The notes beneath the pieces were generated by a model. It ran no database searches. It was not told the DNA's origin and worked only from the letters and a program-made list of their open reading frames with translations. Below, in pieces: positions 49,975 to 64,000 of a stretch of 64,000 nt of DNA. A program made the translations under genes and the position numbers. Source of the stretch: Blasia pusilla (lineage: Eukaryota); the NCBI GenBank assembly GCA_050084515.1, contig CM114271.1, positions 2,914,001 through 2,978,000 on the forward strand. The letters are read 5' to 3'. Positions within the stretch are counted from its first letter, which is position 1; each line of letters begins with the position of its first letter.

Positions 49975-51588
49975 TCATTTCTAAATCCAAGAAACCCTAA
50001 ATCATAACCCATACACTGGGTGCCTACAAGGAAACTTACATCAAAGCGCAAGGATGAAGGTGAAGGAGATCATGGATCTATTGATATTGATACACCAGAA
50101 AGTCAACAGACAAAATCAATCTTTTTGACAAAAGCGGTCTTGAAAGTCCACAGTTGGTGCAAACATTTGGTAGTATGACGTTCAATGACAAACCCAGTGA
50201 CTGCATAAAAAGCAGTGTGGGGGTCAAGAGAAAAGAATGCGTGCAAAGTTTTGTACAGGGTTCAACTTACCACTAGTAAAATTACCGCCGCAGTTCAACC
50301 TTTTCAGCATGTGATGCTACCAAGGAAATCTGACAAATTTTAGTCCACATGATTAAATTTTCAACCGAGACTGCCTTGCTCCAAGGGCTGCCACAGATAA
50401 AGTTACCAGACTAAAACTCCAATTTGTATTTGTACTACCTCATAACTCAAACATTCTTGCACAAGAGCATCACACCTCTTCCGTATCTATTCACTGTTAG
50501 AAACTGCTTATGATCTCTGATGAGGGAGACTCTTACATGAAGAAACTCCAAGAAAATGACAGTTTAGTTTCAGACCAGGGATTTGAGCCGCCTGTAGTAG
50601 GTGAGAAGACATTACAAGTTCTTTCCTCAACTTTAAAGCAATAACAAAGCCGCAAAAGGAAATATCTAAAAGTACGTAGTACTTGTCCTGCATGTAAGAT
50701 GACCACAATCACTCAACACAACACGCCATACCTCTGGTTTGAGAGTACAATGGTGATCCCCTTTTTGATACTGGTAAAATATGTGAAATTGAAATGATGA
50801 GCTTATTACTTATTGACCCATCCAGGGCACACTCAGTCACATCTCCTGCACGGCAAAAAGAAAATCAGAAACTAGTCCTGATAAAGGATCTATGGCACAG
50901 GATATTTTCTTCCATATACTGAATGCAGTCAATGTATGACCAGATTGAGACCTATTATGAATGCCCTTGGTCGCTGCCATTAACAGACCTTCTGCACGGG
51001 AAACATCATAACAAGAGTACATCCCAAAATCATCATTGTCAGGGCTTGAAAAAAATCACATGATGAGAAACAACCAGGTGTAGGTAAATTGTGCAGCAAA
51101 TTATTGATGATCTCAAATAGAATGTTTGGGATTACTCTAGCACCTGACAATTGGGTCGACAAACCCATTTCAAGAGGGTTTCTGTTTCTGCTGCCTACGT
51201 ACCATGTTGAAAAGGGGCTAAAACACACTTGTACAAATGACTGAACGGCGAATTTTGGATTTTGTTACAAAGGACAGTGTAGCCATGCATAAGTGGTACA
51301 CCACCTCAGAGTCTTACTCTCCAAGCACTGCAACACTGGCTGCAGCTTTCAACAGCGATGCCTAACAGAATTGTGTAAGGCTGTCCCAAAAGAATCCATG
51401 TAAATACGGTACAAATCCCTACACTATTAACATAAGGCCATGACATTATTCGACTTCCATCTAATCTGAACTAAGCCAGTAGAGCTTTCGTTTGATCATA
51501 AGCACCTTGCAGCCTTACAACAGAATTCAGATAAACTCTACGAATTAGAAGCAAGAGTCATTTCAGTACTATGAGTCAGTGCAGGCCT

Positions 51589-54500
51589 TCACATCATCAA
51601 CCCAAGATCCGCTAGATCATCCATTGGGACCTCCAAACCCATCAAACACTCTCCTTGGTGCATACTGGCATCTTCCTCAAAGTCTTGTAACCATGATCCC
51701 AAGTCTGGACCTTGTCCACCCAGATCATTCACGCCCAAGTCTTCTATCCCTGGAATAGGAATGTTCGACAGATCAACAACTTCATCAGCATCAGGCACAG
51801 CGTTTTGACTGGCAAGGGGAGGAGCAATAGCTGGAACCTCCTCCTTAGACTTCACAAGGCCAGTAAATTGGTGCACGGAAGATTGCCCAGAAGGCCGATC
51901 CTTGGTTGATTCAGCAGTAGGCTTTGCTAAGAGGCCATTTACTGGCTTCAATAATGGACCTGTCTTTTGCCTAGGCTTAGTTTTTGTTTTCCTCTCAGCC
52001 TTCACATTGCCCACTCCTTGTCGAGCTCCCTTTGCACTATCACTTCGTACTTGACTCTCCTTGCCATGTCCTTTCCCATCTCGTTCCCGCTCACTCCTCT
52101 TCCCTTTTGTTCCACCCATAGCATTTGCTCCAAGAGCATTGACGTCCCGCATTCCAGAAACCCCAACAACATCCTCCAGCAGGACCTCTCTTTCTTTGGC
52201 TCGCAACGGCCATACATCTTCTTTGACTCTATTGCGTTCTGCAGATACTGGCAGAGATTGTTGCCGAACTTCTAGAATGTCCTTCTCAGACTTGATCTCA
52301 GTCCATCGAACAACAGATCGCCCTCCAGGGCCTTCACTTGAGACAGAGGCTGCCAAAACAATAGTAAGGATTAGAACAACCCTTCAGACTCAACCATAAA
52401 GATCAACATACATTTGAGTTGAAAAGCTCACTTTGTTAGTGACAATCCTCTTATCATCAAAATCATTCCATCGAAAGGGGGTTCTCCTCTAGGTGCAATA
52501 AGCAATGACCACTAGACTTCAGCTTTTCACATAAAAATCTTGCAGTAAAGAGATGGCACACCTGATGCTTTTGGAGGTTGGAGAACAGCACTAACTGCTG
52601 CTGCGGGTTCACCATTTATTGATGCAGCTGCAACAGCTCCTTCAGGGGGCCCAGCAGCAACTGTGTTGCTCTCAGTCTCTTTAGGAGCTACACAGAAAAG
52701 CAAATCCTTAAGTGTGGCATCAAAGCAACCATGCCCTCCTTCATAGGCACGTACCCTTGCCAAGACCCTCTTGGCAAATGCCAACCCTGCTGCCTTTGCT
52801 CCTTTAGCTGCTGCACTCTTCCCTCCAGAACTGTTTCGAGAGCCCTGGATAGCATGGAAGAATTATATCTTGAGTTAGTGTTATGCGCTTCAAAGAATTT
52901 GGTGTAACAATGAACACCTGGAAACATCCTTGTTTCATAGCAGCTTTTAGATCTGTCACAGGTAAAGATAATTAGAGAATGAATGAATTGAGTTCTTGTC
53001 CACGGGAGAAAAAAAGATTGTAGAGAACAGAAGTAAACCATTCGCCGTGCACAGGCAATCTCCACAAGCTTATCCACAGCAAACCGTTCACGATCTCTGT
53101 TACAAGTTATCCAACAAATAAGTCAGAATTCTCATCACCTGATGGCACACAACACGAGTGCAATTCAATTCAATCTATTACATCGCCACGTTTCTGGTAC
53201 TGACTTTCTGGGTCTCTCATGCTGTTAGCCAGCGTTTGGGTTTACAAAATTCCAAAAGAACAGATAATGCCCTACCTGTCTTCTACTTCCTTCTTTATCA
53301 GCACTGTCTTCTCCAAATTGTTTACTCGCCCCTTATTTGCGCATACCTGTACAAGCCGTGTCCAAAACTACCTCAGAGACTGGCTTCTCTTCACACAAAT
53401 ATCGCTAACAGCAGAACAAGTAGCACGATTTTGATCAAGGCTGACTGTAAAACCACAGTGATTTCAGGTTGCTTCTGCTCGTTGGAAAAGTCAAACCCCC
53501 ACCTGATCTATAAGTTCACGCTGCACCTTACGGAGCTCCTCACTGATTTCATCATCCTCTCTCTGAGCAAGATCTGGCTGCTTTGAGAGTTGGAACAAAT
53601 AAACAAACAAACAAACAAACAAACATGGTTGAGACATTGTTATGCCTAGAAGGTGAAGTTCCAAATATCTGAAATATAGGTAAGGAGGGGGACACTGCAA
53701 CAATTTGCATTCCATACCTCTCTGAATATTGAGAGGGAGAATATCCGAAACATAGCTGTGACAATAATCCCCATTAAGTTTCAATGCATAGAAGATGAAC
53801 AGGATGAGGAAAAGGTTGGGTCTGCATACCACTTGCTCAGGAAGCAACCCAACACTTTGTAGCTCCAGTAGGATTCGGTCATCCACACTCATGCGCTGAT
53901 ACTGAAGCTCCCATGCTGTCATATTTGCGACCGAACCAAAGGATCTAATCCCCCGTGGATCCTCCTTACCTGTACTTCCACTGCCTGATAAAACTTCTTC
54001 CCCTATTCCAATCTCGGATTTCACTACAGAGCACAAAGTATCTGCCTCCACATTGGCAAGAATATCATCCCCTTCACCACCAAGATCCTCACGAGATTGA
54101 CTCACTCCTACACGACTATGTCCATTGGGAAGTAGAAATGCCTCGTTCACATACGTGTCTCTCCCACCTACAGTCCATCTTTCGATGTCCTGTCTCCCAA
54201 TCTCTCCATCTGAGTCGCCATCCAGTCGATCACTTTCGCTCATACTACCAGGCCGAGGAGAATGATCTCTCACATACTCCGATGAGTCATCTTGACAATT
54301 CTCATCCCCATTCCTTCCTTCATCAAGATCTCCTTCATTTATAAGAGCAGCCAGTAATCTTTGAGAAAGAGGTAAAAATTTTTCAAACCATCCCCCGCTC
54401 ACCCCTCTTCTCCCTCCTTTTCCAACCTCATGCTTGTCCTTAAGATTGTGAAAAAGCTTTGTCACAAACCCATCATTCTCAATGCTGCCATTTGCCAGAC

Positions 54501-57500
54501 ACATTGACTTCCCACCACCACCATCCACACTTGGAGAGACTGGTGGAGTACTAGTTCGGGGCACCTCCATCTAACATAGCATAAACAGCCAAACAAGAAC
54601 ATGCTCAGACTCAGACTCCAAATTGGGAAATAACTATTCTATACAACTTAATGATAGCATAAACTCTAAACCTATGACCAGGTAGGCACACAGCTTCAAC
54701 CTCAATATCACAGCCAAATAGATCAGAGCAGATAGTCAACTTCCTAAAACAGAACACCTAGCTTTACTTTTTCCAACACTCATACTGGCATAGAAATTCA
54801 CGATCCACAGATGTATAGCATGAATAGGTCCTCTACCTTTCCAAACTGATCCCCACAAGCTGGAATTTGCAACACAGGATCTCCCTCCTCAAGATCTTTA
54901 GCCTGAAGTATGCCAAGATCATTGACAGAACGTCCAATACGAAATGAGATCATTATTTTTCTGACACCTGTCTGGCATTTAGATCAGCCATACCAAGTAG
55001 TAGTCCATAGTCAAGGATCTAGATCATTAACCTTCAAGGATATAAAGAAAAGAGTCTGGACCTGTTGTTGTAGGAAACTCATATCAGCCGATGTTAAAAA
55101 AGCAAAGTATGGCTCCATTTGCTTCCAAAAAGCATTTGAACAAGCCGCTCCTGTCAAGAACATTTAGCCTCAAAATCCATGAGAACATATAGTACGCAGG
55201 TGTAGCATACCAACCAATTAATTTACTACACAATTAGCATCGTTCAGAATTTACTGGAAGTTTCAGACCTTTTTCACCAACATATCACAACTCGCACGAA
55301 CATAAGGCACAAAATACAAGCCTACCTTGGGATTGTCTCCCCCAAATTGGTCACCACTATTATAACCTTATGAGAATGACAACTAAGACTACACCAGAAA
55401 TGAGTCCAATAAAAGAAGAGCAGGGAATAGATGAAGTCTTACCACTTGCATTGACTGCCTTCCTTATCGCATTGACTAGCTCCTCTCGGTCATCATCAGA
55501 CTCTCCTGCAAAGCAACAAGCAGGAGAGTCTGATTCCGATTCCAACAAGCAGGACATATCACCATCGCTTGATCAAGACTTCTGTACTAGAACTAGGAAT
55601 TTGCGGCAGAGTAAGGAATATTCTCAACTTACACCACAACCACATTGCTATGTAAGATCGTAAATCTATGTAAAAACTGAAATTTGATTCCACCGTTGCA
55701 CAGGAATTCTTCAAAATGATCAGATAAAACAATACTCTGGCAAGTTTCTTATCTAGACTCCAGTCTGACAAAGCTAGTAATTAAGTTGCAAAAGTAGAAA
55801 AAAACCAAAGGTGGCCCCTTGTCTAGACCTGAGATTTCGAGGGTGCCATTTCCAACTGGCCGCCGTGGTCTGGTCATGGGTTTGCGATCAATTGTGTCCT
55901 TCGTTGGAGGACGACCAGGCCTACATGACAAACCAAAAATTTTATCAGCAGCTACAAGGCCTACACCAACCAATCATCTTCTATTGCATAGTCTCATCAT
56001 CATTAAGTATGAAGTACTAACCTAGTTAGGAGATGAATGGTCTTAGCAGAGAATGACCTTGTCAGTAAATACTGTGCTCATGAACTTCAAGGGATAGTGT
56101 AAAATGGATTCCACTGTCTACAAGACCCAGGGAGAGAGGATCCAAACGAGTAGAATATAACTACCAATTTTGAAGTGTGCTATCTGAGAAAACCTCTATC
56201 AAACCCAGAATATTGAGAGGAGGTCCACTTGCAGATCATAGTCCAGTACAGAAAGACGGCCGAAGAGTGTTTTAGGTTGGGTGAAAGAAAGATCAAGCAG
56301 AAATGATATAAACCCTACCAGGCAAAGGTCCTAACTTGACAAGCTACACCGAGAAAGATAAGAGATTATCAACTATTCACAATAACTTGCCCACAACTTC
56401 ATCAGTTAAAGTAATATGAAAAGATAATGTTTTAGTTCAATTCTCAGCTTACTCTATGATCATCATAAAAGTCTCCATACTCATCTTAAGTCTCTTTGGA
56501 AGAGATCCTACATCAATCTGAACCCAGAAGGCCAACCCAAGGTAGGAAGGAAAGCTGTAGTACAACTTTTCAAAAAGACTAATAGCATCCTAAAAACTCC
56601 TCAAAGGCACCTAATCTGCTTGGAGTGACTTGAACAAGAAGTCAATAGCACTACTTTGCACCACTTATTCAAGTAAACCAAATGCAATATATTCCTCGCT
56701 TGTTTGTCTTGCGAGAGTCGTTATCACTGGATTCCAGACCCACAAAACTAATTGGCAGGCATTGACACGAGAAGCATATGGCAATTTGTCTTCCACCTAA
56801 CGACACTCTCCTGTCTCCTCCACTAGAAATTGAAAAATACAGTTGAAAGAGTTTGCCAACACCAATCCCTCAAGCTGCGCCCTGTGTGATATCTTTCATA
56901 TTGAACTTGACAATTTTTTCCAACATCACTTTCTTTGTATTTACAGACCCCTCTGGGGTCTTATCCTCAATTCCAACTTTCACATCTAAAACAGAAAGTC
57001 ATCATCCCTGAATCTCACACTTTGGCCTTAAGAAACTTTCCTCCTCTTCTCATACAAGAAGAAATGTTTTCATTGAGTAACTTCTTCAAGTGATTAGACA
57101 TTTCTGGCAGGACTTTGCTTCCAGGATGACCACAGAAACAAACAAGAGCCGGAAAAATATGTGTGACATACCTCTCATGCTTTTCAGGACCAACTCGAAC
57201 ACTTCTTAGCTGCTTGGCATTGGCAGAAACTTCCACCTTTTCCAACACTGGGTTCACTACACTCGTTCTTGGTGCAACAGCACCTCTACCACTCCGTCCT
57301 TGTCTGCGAACACCATCTCCACCCTCCTCTTTGGTCACAACTCGTGTTTTCTTTGCCGGTGCTACCAGACTTCCCATCTTTTGACTTGACGGAGCCGTGG
57401 GTTTTTGTTCCCAGTCCCCTTGCTTCTTGGATTTGTCTTTCACCTTCTCCCCCTCATCTTCTGATTCATCACTTTCAGAGAGGCCCACAGAAGTTGTAAC

Positions 57501-60500
57501 CCGGTCACCACCTTTGGGCTTATTTTGGGCTGGTTGAGAATGTGCATTTGGAGCTGATACTCTCCTTGCAACACCTGATCCAGAAGACATCCCCGGATTC
57601 GACCTTGCACCAACATTGGTTCCCACGCCATCACGATTCAAGGGACCTTCACTGATCACACTTGACTCCTCACGAGCTACAGCAGCTCCTGGCATTAGAT
57701 TCACACGGCGAGCCACACGTATCATTTTCTGAGGCCTCTGCCCCACCCACTGTGCTGGAGGTGATGACGAACGTGAGGGTGCCGGTCTCTTGCGATTGGT
57801 AGGACCAGAGGGCACCTGAGCTTGCACCTTAGCTTGAGGGGCATGCCGTTCACGACTCTCTGCAAATGATGAGGTGCGAGCTAGATGTGAGGATGGACCT
57901 CCAGCACTAGAGCTTGATCTTGGTGCTCGGGCAGCCTTCGCTTTGGTTATCCCTGTAGGATTTGCTGGATGACTTTCTTCTCGTGGAGTAGGCCTGCATT
58001 GATTTACATATCCATGAGCCTATTCCTCTGACAGAGCAAAAGTGAAGAGACTTATATGTGCTGTTACACAGATTTCTAAACCAGCATATAATCACATCAA
58101 CTGAACTTGTCCTTTAAGTGGCTCTAGTTAAGTCACAATAATCAAACTTCATAATGCATTGAGAAATGATATGGAGGCATATCTCCTAGAACCTACTTGG
58201 CTCCATTTTTTGAAACAGAACGTTCTCTGTCTAGACCAGAAACTCTCTCCCCTCTGTCTCCAGCTGATGGAGCACCATCAGTTTCACTTTTGTTCGCTCC
58301 ACGCGAGGGCACACCATTTAGTTGTGCTGAGCTCTCGGTCTTATGCACAGATGTGATCCCATGGACTGGTCCGGACCTACAGCAACCACACACACATAAG
58401 GCCCCAACTGTTATCCAAAAGATAAAATGGTAACTCACTCCTAGAATTCTGCCAGTTCTGTGCTCATAACAAGAGATCCATGAATCAGTGTGAACCTTCC
58501 AACTATACTGATATTGTTACTACCATTACATCTAAATTACATACATCGACAAATTTGGACCTCTCCATGCATATCCAAAGCTAACCCTTACGTGTCACTT
58601 TGAAAGGTGATAAACAGTTAAGGTTTGACTAGAAAATAAGAGCTGAACCCAAAAAACACGAAAAAATTCTACAATGAAACTAGCACGATATTTTGAAACA
58701 GAGCATTGTAATTGACCCATCCTACACTGAATCCAGTCAGATAAGTTAAACAAGAGAAATCAGGGTTCACCACTAAACCCGTCCTCACTTGTTGATAATA
58801 TTCAGTGACTAAAGCACACTCAGATTCTCTACCACCTTACATGTCAGAGGACAGCTTGCCAACCGGCATGATGTTGCAAGAAAATCTCAGAAGAGCCCAA
58901 CATCTGTACTCTTTCCAAGGCAACATTGATAGTCCTACTGAACTACCCCATTGTGTTAAGCTTGGGGGGAAGCCCTGCTAAGCATGTAACTAAACATGAT
59001 GAGATAGGCAGCTATAGATTACAATTTGAGTGAGAATAACAAACATTTCTTACACTAAATGGACCTTACAAAGAACAAGTGCAAGAGGAAATATGTAGAC
59101 ACGACAGTCTCAACTGGTCCAAACTCCATCTAATTTGAAACGAGAACCAAAATAAAAAAAAATCTCTAGAGAATCATGAAAACATGTTTGCATCCATACA
59201 TCTAGTAACATCTATTGGCATACCTGAACCCATGGCCCTCACTTGGCCTTGACCGATTGTCTGCACTCATCCGATGTTGCTGACCACTCCATTTATGCTC
59301 ACGGTCACCTTCTGAAGTCCCATTTGCCATAGCTGCAATAGATGCGTCTGGTTTTGTTCCTGAACGCCTTCCCTTCATTTTAGTCTTCTCCCATCCTTCA
59401 CTTGGTGGCAAAGCTGCCCTCTCCTTCTCCTCTGCAGGTGATGCAAGGGAGCTGCTAGGTCTAGAGACATCTCTTTCTCTGTCTGTCAAGACGGATGGCC
59501 TCTGCAAGTTCACGCTTGTTGGACGACCATCCGGCTGAGAAAAAAAGGTCCAAACCAACCAATGTTACTCAGTGCCAGTAAGAACACTTTATTGCGATCA
59601 CCAGAAAAACAAAGAATCTAAGATGCAAGTTTGACTTCCTAAAAGAGACCACAAAGTGGTAGACAAGACGGAGAAGAAATGAAAAGGAAATATGTTCGGA
59701 CCCACAAACACATACATTGCTGCTACTTCTGACACACACAAAGACCATCATTTTGATTTATATACAACTACAAAGAGGGCAATTATAGCTTCTCGTATAA
59801 GAACCAGAATACCAGGCATGCCAAGCACTGATGTAGGAAAGAGAGTCCAATGATTGCAAATCAGCAATCACAAGTCATTATTGAAATAACTTTCTGGAGA
59901 AGCACTACTGACAGGGAAAACTTCCCAAATTGGACACGAGTGAGCAGTCAAGTACTCTTGCCTAACAACAGAATGACATGCAGAGAAGGAAAGTGTACAA
60001 GTCTTGTTGAAGAAATTTGATAGAACAAACATTCCTTCTCAGTTTCAAGGTGTCACACGCCTCAAGATATGTAAATTCTGCACATATGTACGATTCTCTC
60101 CAGGCATACGTGGTGTAAACAAAACATATATCTAACTAGTTTCCTACAAAGTATGCTAAAAGAGGTCACTACCAAAAAATACAAATTGAATGTTGAAAAG
60201 GATTTCTTCTTTGCACAGCTTACCAAGTCAAGGTCTCACCAGCACTTCAACCAAGTCAGCAAACCTACTTTGAGGTAATGTGACAGAGTGCTAGCAGTGC
60301 GAGAAGGCTAGAAAACTCTAATGACCAACAGAAATTTTGCCTGTCATAAGTCAAACAAATGCTGCCTAGAGAGCCAAACAATTCCTGCCTTACACTTGTC
60401 TTGCATGTGTTCTACATGTATGACACAGAGACTGAAGGAAATCACTCACCAACAACAGAATTGTTGTCTGATCTACCGAACCCTAATCCTTAGCCCTACT

Positions 60501-61654
60501 GAATTAAGGAAAAACTGAGAGATTTGAACACAACATACTGCACTCCCAACACTGACTGATGAAGGTTGACACAAAAGGCAAGGAGTGAAGAATCCAAACA
60601 GCTGATCACAATGTATCCGACGATCAAGCATCATAAGGAGTTGGCAAAAGCTTCAGTGTTTATGTAGACATACCCGATTATCAGCCATCGAAGTCCGAAC
60701 CCTTTTATTTGGAACCACTCGTTTGTTTTTATCTGCTGACTTTTGCACCCCCGTATCAGAACCACTAACATGGGAAGAAGGAACATTTGGGTTGCCTTTC
60801 ATAGTATGTACAGAAGCCATGGATCGCTCTCCAACCCCTAATGAGGACAGGGAACGTTCAGCTGAGGCTGGAAGTGATGAACCCGGGTCCGGCCTAGACC
60901 GTTTCCGGGACTGGAGGGAATTCCGAAACTTATCCAGCTTGTTAATTGCTTCAGTCAAGAGTCGGGATCGGTCCCTGGTGGACACAAATATTTACTTAAC
61001 GTCAGAAGACCATGACAAGTACCAAATGTAGAAGCCTTGAATCACAAACTTCTCACAGCAACAAGGCAATAGAATGTCATCTACTAAAACAAACTTTCAA
61101 AAACTTAAAATCCAAGGCTCAGCCTACACTTTTAAAGAGACAAGTGTCCTCGTACATTTTCCAACAAGACTATGACCTGAATAAATTTTAGATTTTAGAG
61201 TAATTCACAGCAAAACTTGCCTTGCTCCTTTGCCCTGTTCCACAAGGCTGGCCCTCACTCGCTTCAGCTCCTCAGTTCCTAACGTCTCAAGAGCCTTTGA
61301 CTGCAAATTTCCAAGAGTTAAATCCTCGGAGGCAGCAGACCCCAGGGCAGCATTAATCGCCCTCTTCAGTTCCTGATGCCGGCCACCTTTGTGGTCTCCA
61401 ACTGGCAGCGCGTCCAACAGCAACACCTGAGATAATGGTGGAAGCTCAATCCCACTTCCAGTTCCGGATCCTGAAGAACTTACAGCTCCCCCACCACCTC
61501 CTGCCCCTAGGACCAACACTCGTCCATCATGGCCATCGCGGTTGTTACCAGACCTATCTAAATTGGAGTTATTGGAGTAGTTGCTGCGCTGTGACCCGTA
61601 GGGCACACCATCAGGGCTGCTAGAACTGGTATCCAACTTCGGGTTACTTGCCAT
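51589..61654 (-). CDS. Plant SAGA histone-acetyltransferase complex subunit, SCS1/SCS2 (ADA3-like) family; 15 coding exons: 61654-61221, 60974-60674, 59534-59224, 58376-58197, 57993-57172, 55920-55829, 55505-55443, 55150-55062, 54902-54837, 54570-53830, 53577-53503, 53346-53276, 53096-53039, 52844-52562, 52349-51589
   Basis: Family motifs EELKRVRASL, PNKRVRTSMAD, EGWEKTKMKGRRS, QWVGQRPQKMIRVARRVNL, GDGVRRQGRSGRG, ESDDDREEL, CSNAFWKQMEPYF, LSQRLLAALI, YQRMSVDDRILLELQSVGL, KAERKTKTKPRQKT, GPDLGSWL and GLEVPMDDLADL. Splice sites were read by eye; the first coding intron is GC-AG. Confidence 0.88.
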
Positions 61655-62329
61655 GCCTTTCGGCTAGGCACCTCCTTGGTGCCCACAACCCGTCTAGCTC
61701 ATGCCTTGCAACCTGCAACCCTTGTATTAACATCAAGAAAAATCATACCAATTTCACCTCCTGTTCCGGACCATCTGCTCTGCTGAAGTTCCATACACCA
61801 CATTCCTTGCAACCATTTTCAAAGTCTTTGAAGAATTGCTCCTATTAACATCACTCTCACTGCTCTCTACCACTTCAACTCTCCTGCCTCCTCCTGCCTG
61901 TTGCAATACCTACTCCGCTGTTGTAACACAAGTCCCTCGAGGAGGAACCACCTGCTAAAATTCGCTCCGGAACAGATGTCGTGGATGCCGAGAATAATCA
62001 CCATCAACCCACCAATTCAAATTTCTCCCAACCTGCCTTCGTTCTCCGCTATCCCCTATCAATCGAACCCTGTCCTTCCCACTGTGCTTCCACTCCCGTC
62101 ACTCTACATCCTCTTCCACACTTCACTCCTCCGCACTTCCGCGACTCCTCCACCCGATCCCCCACAATTACCCCTAATCACACGAACGACTCCCTCAAAT
62201 TTCTTCCCCCAACTACTACGAAATCCCTGTGTCTCACCTCAGAGCAAATTCCCCAAAGATTCCTCGCGATCGATTGCCCTCATTCGCCTCACGAAAAGGC
62301 TCGTCCGTCGGACAGAGAACCGCACCACC

Positions 62330-62830
62330 ATCACCCCACCCCTTCCGTCCCCACCACCAGCACCTCCACCTCCACCTCCACCTTCGTCAACTCACCCAGC
62401 TTCCCTTCATTCCCTCCTTCCCTTTCCCCATTTCCCTTCTCACTTCCTCAAGCTTTTCTCCTCCTCGCCCTCCTCTCCCACTTCACCTCAATCAATCACT
62501 CCTCCCTCCCCTACCTTCCTTCCTTCCTCCTCCTCCTCCTCCTCCTCACTCACTGGACGTCTGTCTGTCTGTCTGTCTCCCTCCCTCCGCCTTTGTCGTC
62601 GCCCGGTCCTCCCCCCTCGTCGTCGTCGTCGTCGTCGTCGATGTTCCGTGCTCTTCTGCCCTCCTGCTCCTCCTCTTCGTCCTCTCCCTCTCCTTCTCTC
62701 TCTCTCTCTCTGTCTGCTCCACCTCCTGCTGTGCTCGTCTGTCTGTGTGTGTCGGGTCGCCCAAACGATGGAGGGAGAAGACGACGGGACGGGACGGAGA
62801 GTTGGAGGACGGACGGACGGACCGCTAGCT
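62330..62830 (-). repeat. Microsatellite-rich purine tract in the probable 5' leader/promoter of the SCS/ADA3-like gene
   Basis: Plus-strand runs of (CCT)n, (CGT)n, (CT)n, (TCTG)n and (GGAC)n; candidate 5'UTR intron donor GAG|gtgaga near 62237. Confidence 0.7.
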
Positions 62831-64000
62831 ACCGCTGTCGTGGACGCGAGCTGACGGGCTATAACGGGTGGACACCACCGCTTGCTTCCGGTCGGCGTCC
62901 CGTCCACCTGCCCTAATCTGTCCTCCTTCGCCGTCTGCGGGAGCTTATCGTTGGGGTTATTGGGGTTAATGGTGGAGCAGCGTGCTGGAGGATGCATCCC
63001 GAATGGACTTACGAAGGCTTTGGAATCTTTGTATCTAAGTCGTCGGATCCCGGACTGGAAGGATGCGATTCAGTCAGAGGGGCTGTTGTTGCGCTACCAC
63101 ATCTAGAGACGCCGTTCGCGTTCCCATTGGGGGTACGCCTACGAAGGTGCTTACATCGTGAGTCTTTTATTAGCATTTCCCCAAGATGATGACGACATAA
63201 GGTGCATTTCGATTCGCATTTATTCCACTTCAAGATTTGATTCAAATTTTGCAAAACCGTCCCTTCATGCACCTTAGGGTATCCCCTAAGATGGATTATG
63301 GATCCCCATTAGTTACTTTAGACGTGAGAGGGTTCCATAGGGAGCCTCCCTATGGGCCTCAAACGCTACAATATTGGGTCTTACAATGGTCCATGTGTAT
63401 GGGTCTAGCCCGGGGATCCACTAGTTTTGTTAGGATTTGACACGAGCATAGAAGTGAAACTCAAGGCCATACCCATTCGTGGAAGAATAAAAGGGGAGAC
63501 ACCCTACAATCTAACTTCATCACCATTAGAAACAAGATCAATTCCAATTAAAGAAATATCATTAGCAAGAGGACCTTTAGTAGTGGTGTCTTCCACAACC
63601 TTAGCCCACCACATCAGCCCATTAGCTTGGGCATACTGCAAAACAATGGAGACGCATTGTCTATAATATAAGAGTGTAGTGGCTTATCAGATGACTATAA
63701 CATTTCCCAACTCCTAGCAAGCTTTCCTTCACTTTTACTAGGGAGCTCTACCAAAAATCTCATATGGGGTAGATTCACCTCGTGAGGGCGGAAATTTTTT
63801 TAAATCATAGTTCTATTCACTACTTACTTTGGTAAGGCATTGCACCATCCCAAGAAAATTTTGAGTGGTACAATAGTAGTAGGATGTGCAACAAGTTGTA
63901 GCCCGATGATGATAGAACAAAAGGTGCTATATTCATAGAACCATTCTCTTATGCCAAAATTTGTATTGAGTTTTACCTCTAATAGTTTGCATTGTATTCT

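Noticed and set aside
61901-62997. Overlapping 169-317 aa ORFs
   Set aside because: Low-complexity Pro/Ser/Leu/Arg translations of microsatellite-rich, stop-poor sequence, open in several frames at once.

Overview
Eukaryotic nuclear DNA from a green plant, probably a non-seed land plant (inferred from gene content and TE types). It has four intron-containing host genes: psaE (17730-18534, -), a divergent single-cyclin-box gene (25173-26595, +), an LTI65/RD29B/CAP160-like stress gene with upstream ABRE/G-boxes (27435-30970, -), and a 15-exon SAGA SCS/ADA3-like gene (51589-61654, -). These sit among decayed, nested transposons: Ty3/Gypsy, Ty1/Copia, an RTEX-like LINE, a Helitron-type PIF1 helicase, a CACTA-like fragment, hAT-type MITEs and a ~180-bp satellite. 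The most striking signal is a Ty3/Gypsy family carrying a C5 DNA cytosine methyltransferase between protease and reverse transcriptase in its pol region. Copy A (1-2090, -) keeps motifs I, IV, VI, VIII and X. Copy B (~37276-47260, +) keeps the protease remnant, motifs IX-X, RT, RNase H and integrase. Both copies are pseudogenised. Everything was read by eye with no database searches, and TE boundaries are approximate unless TSDs or termini are given.
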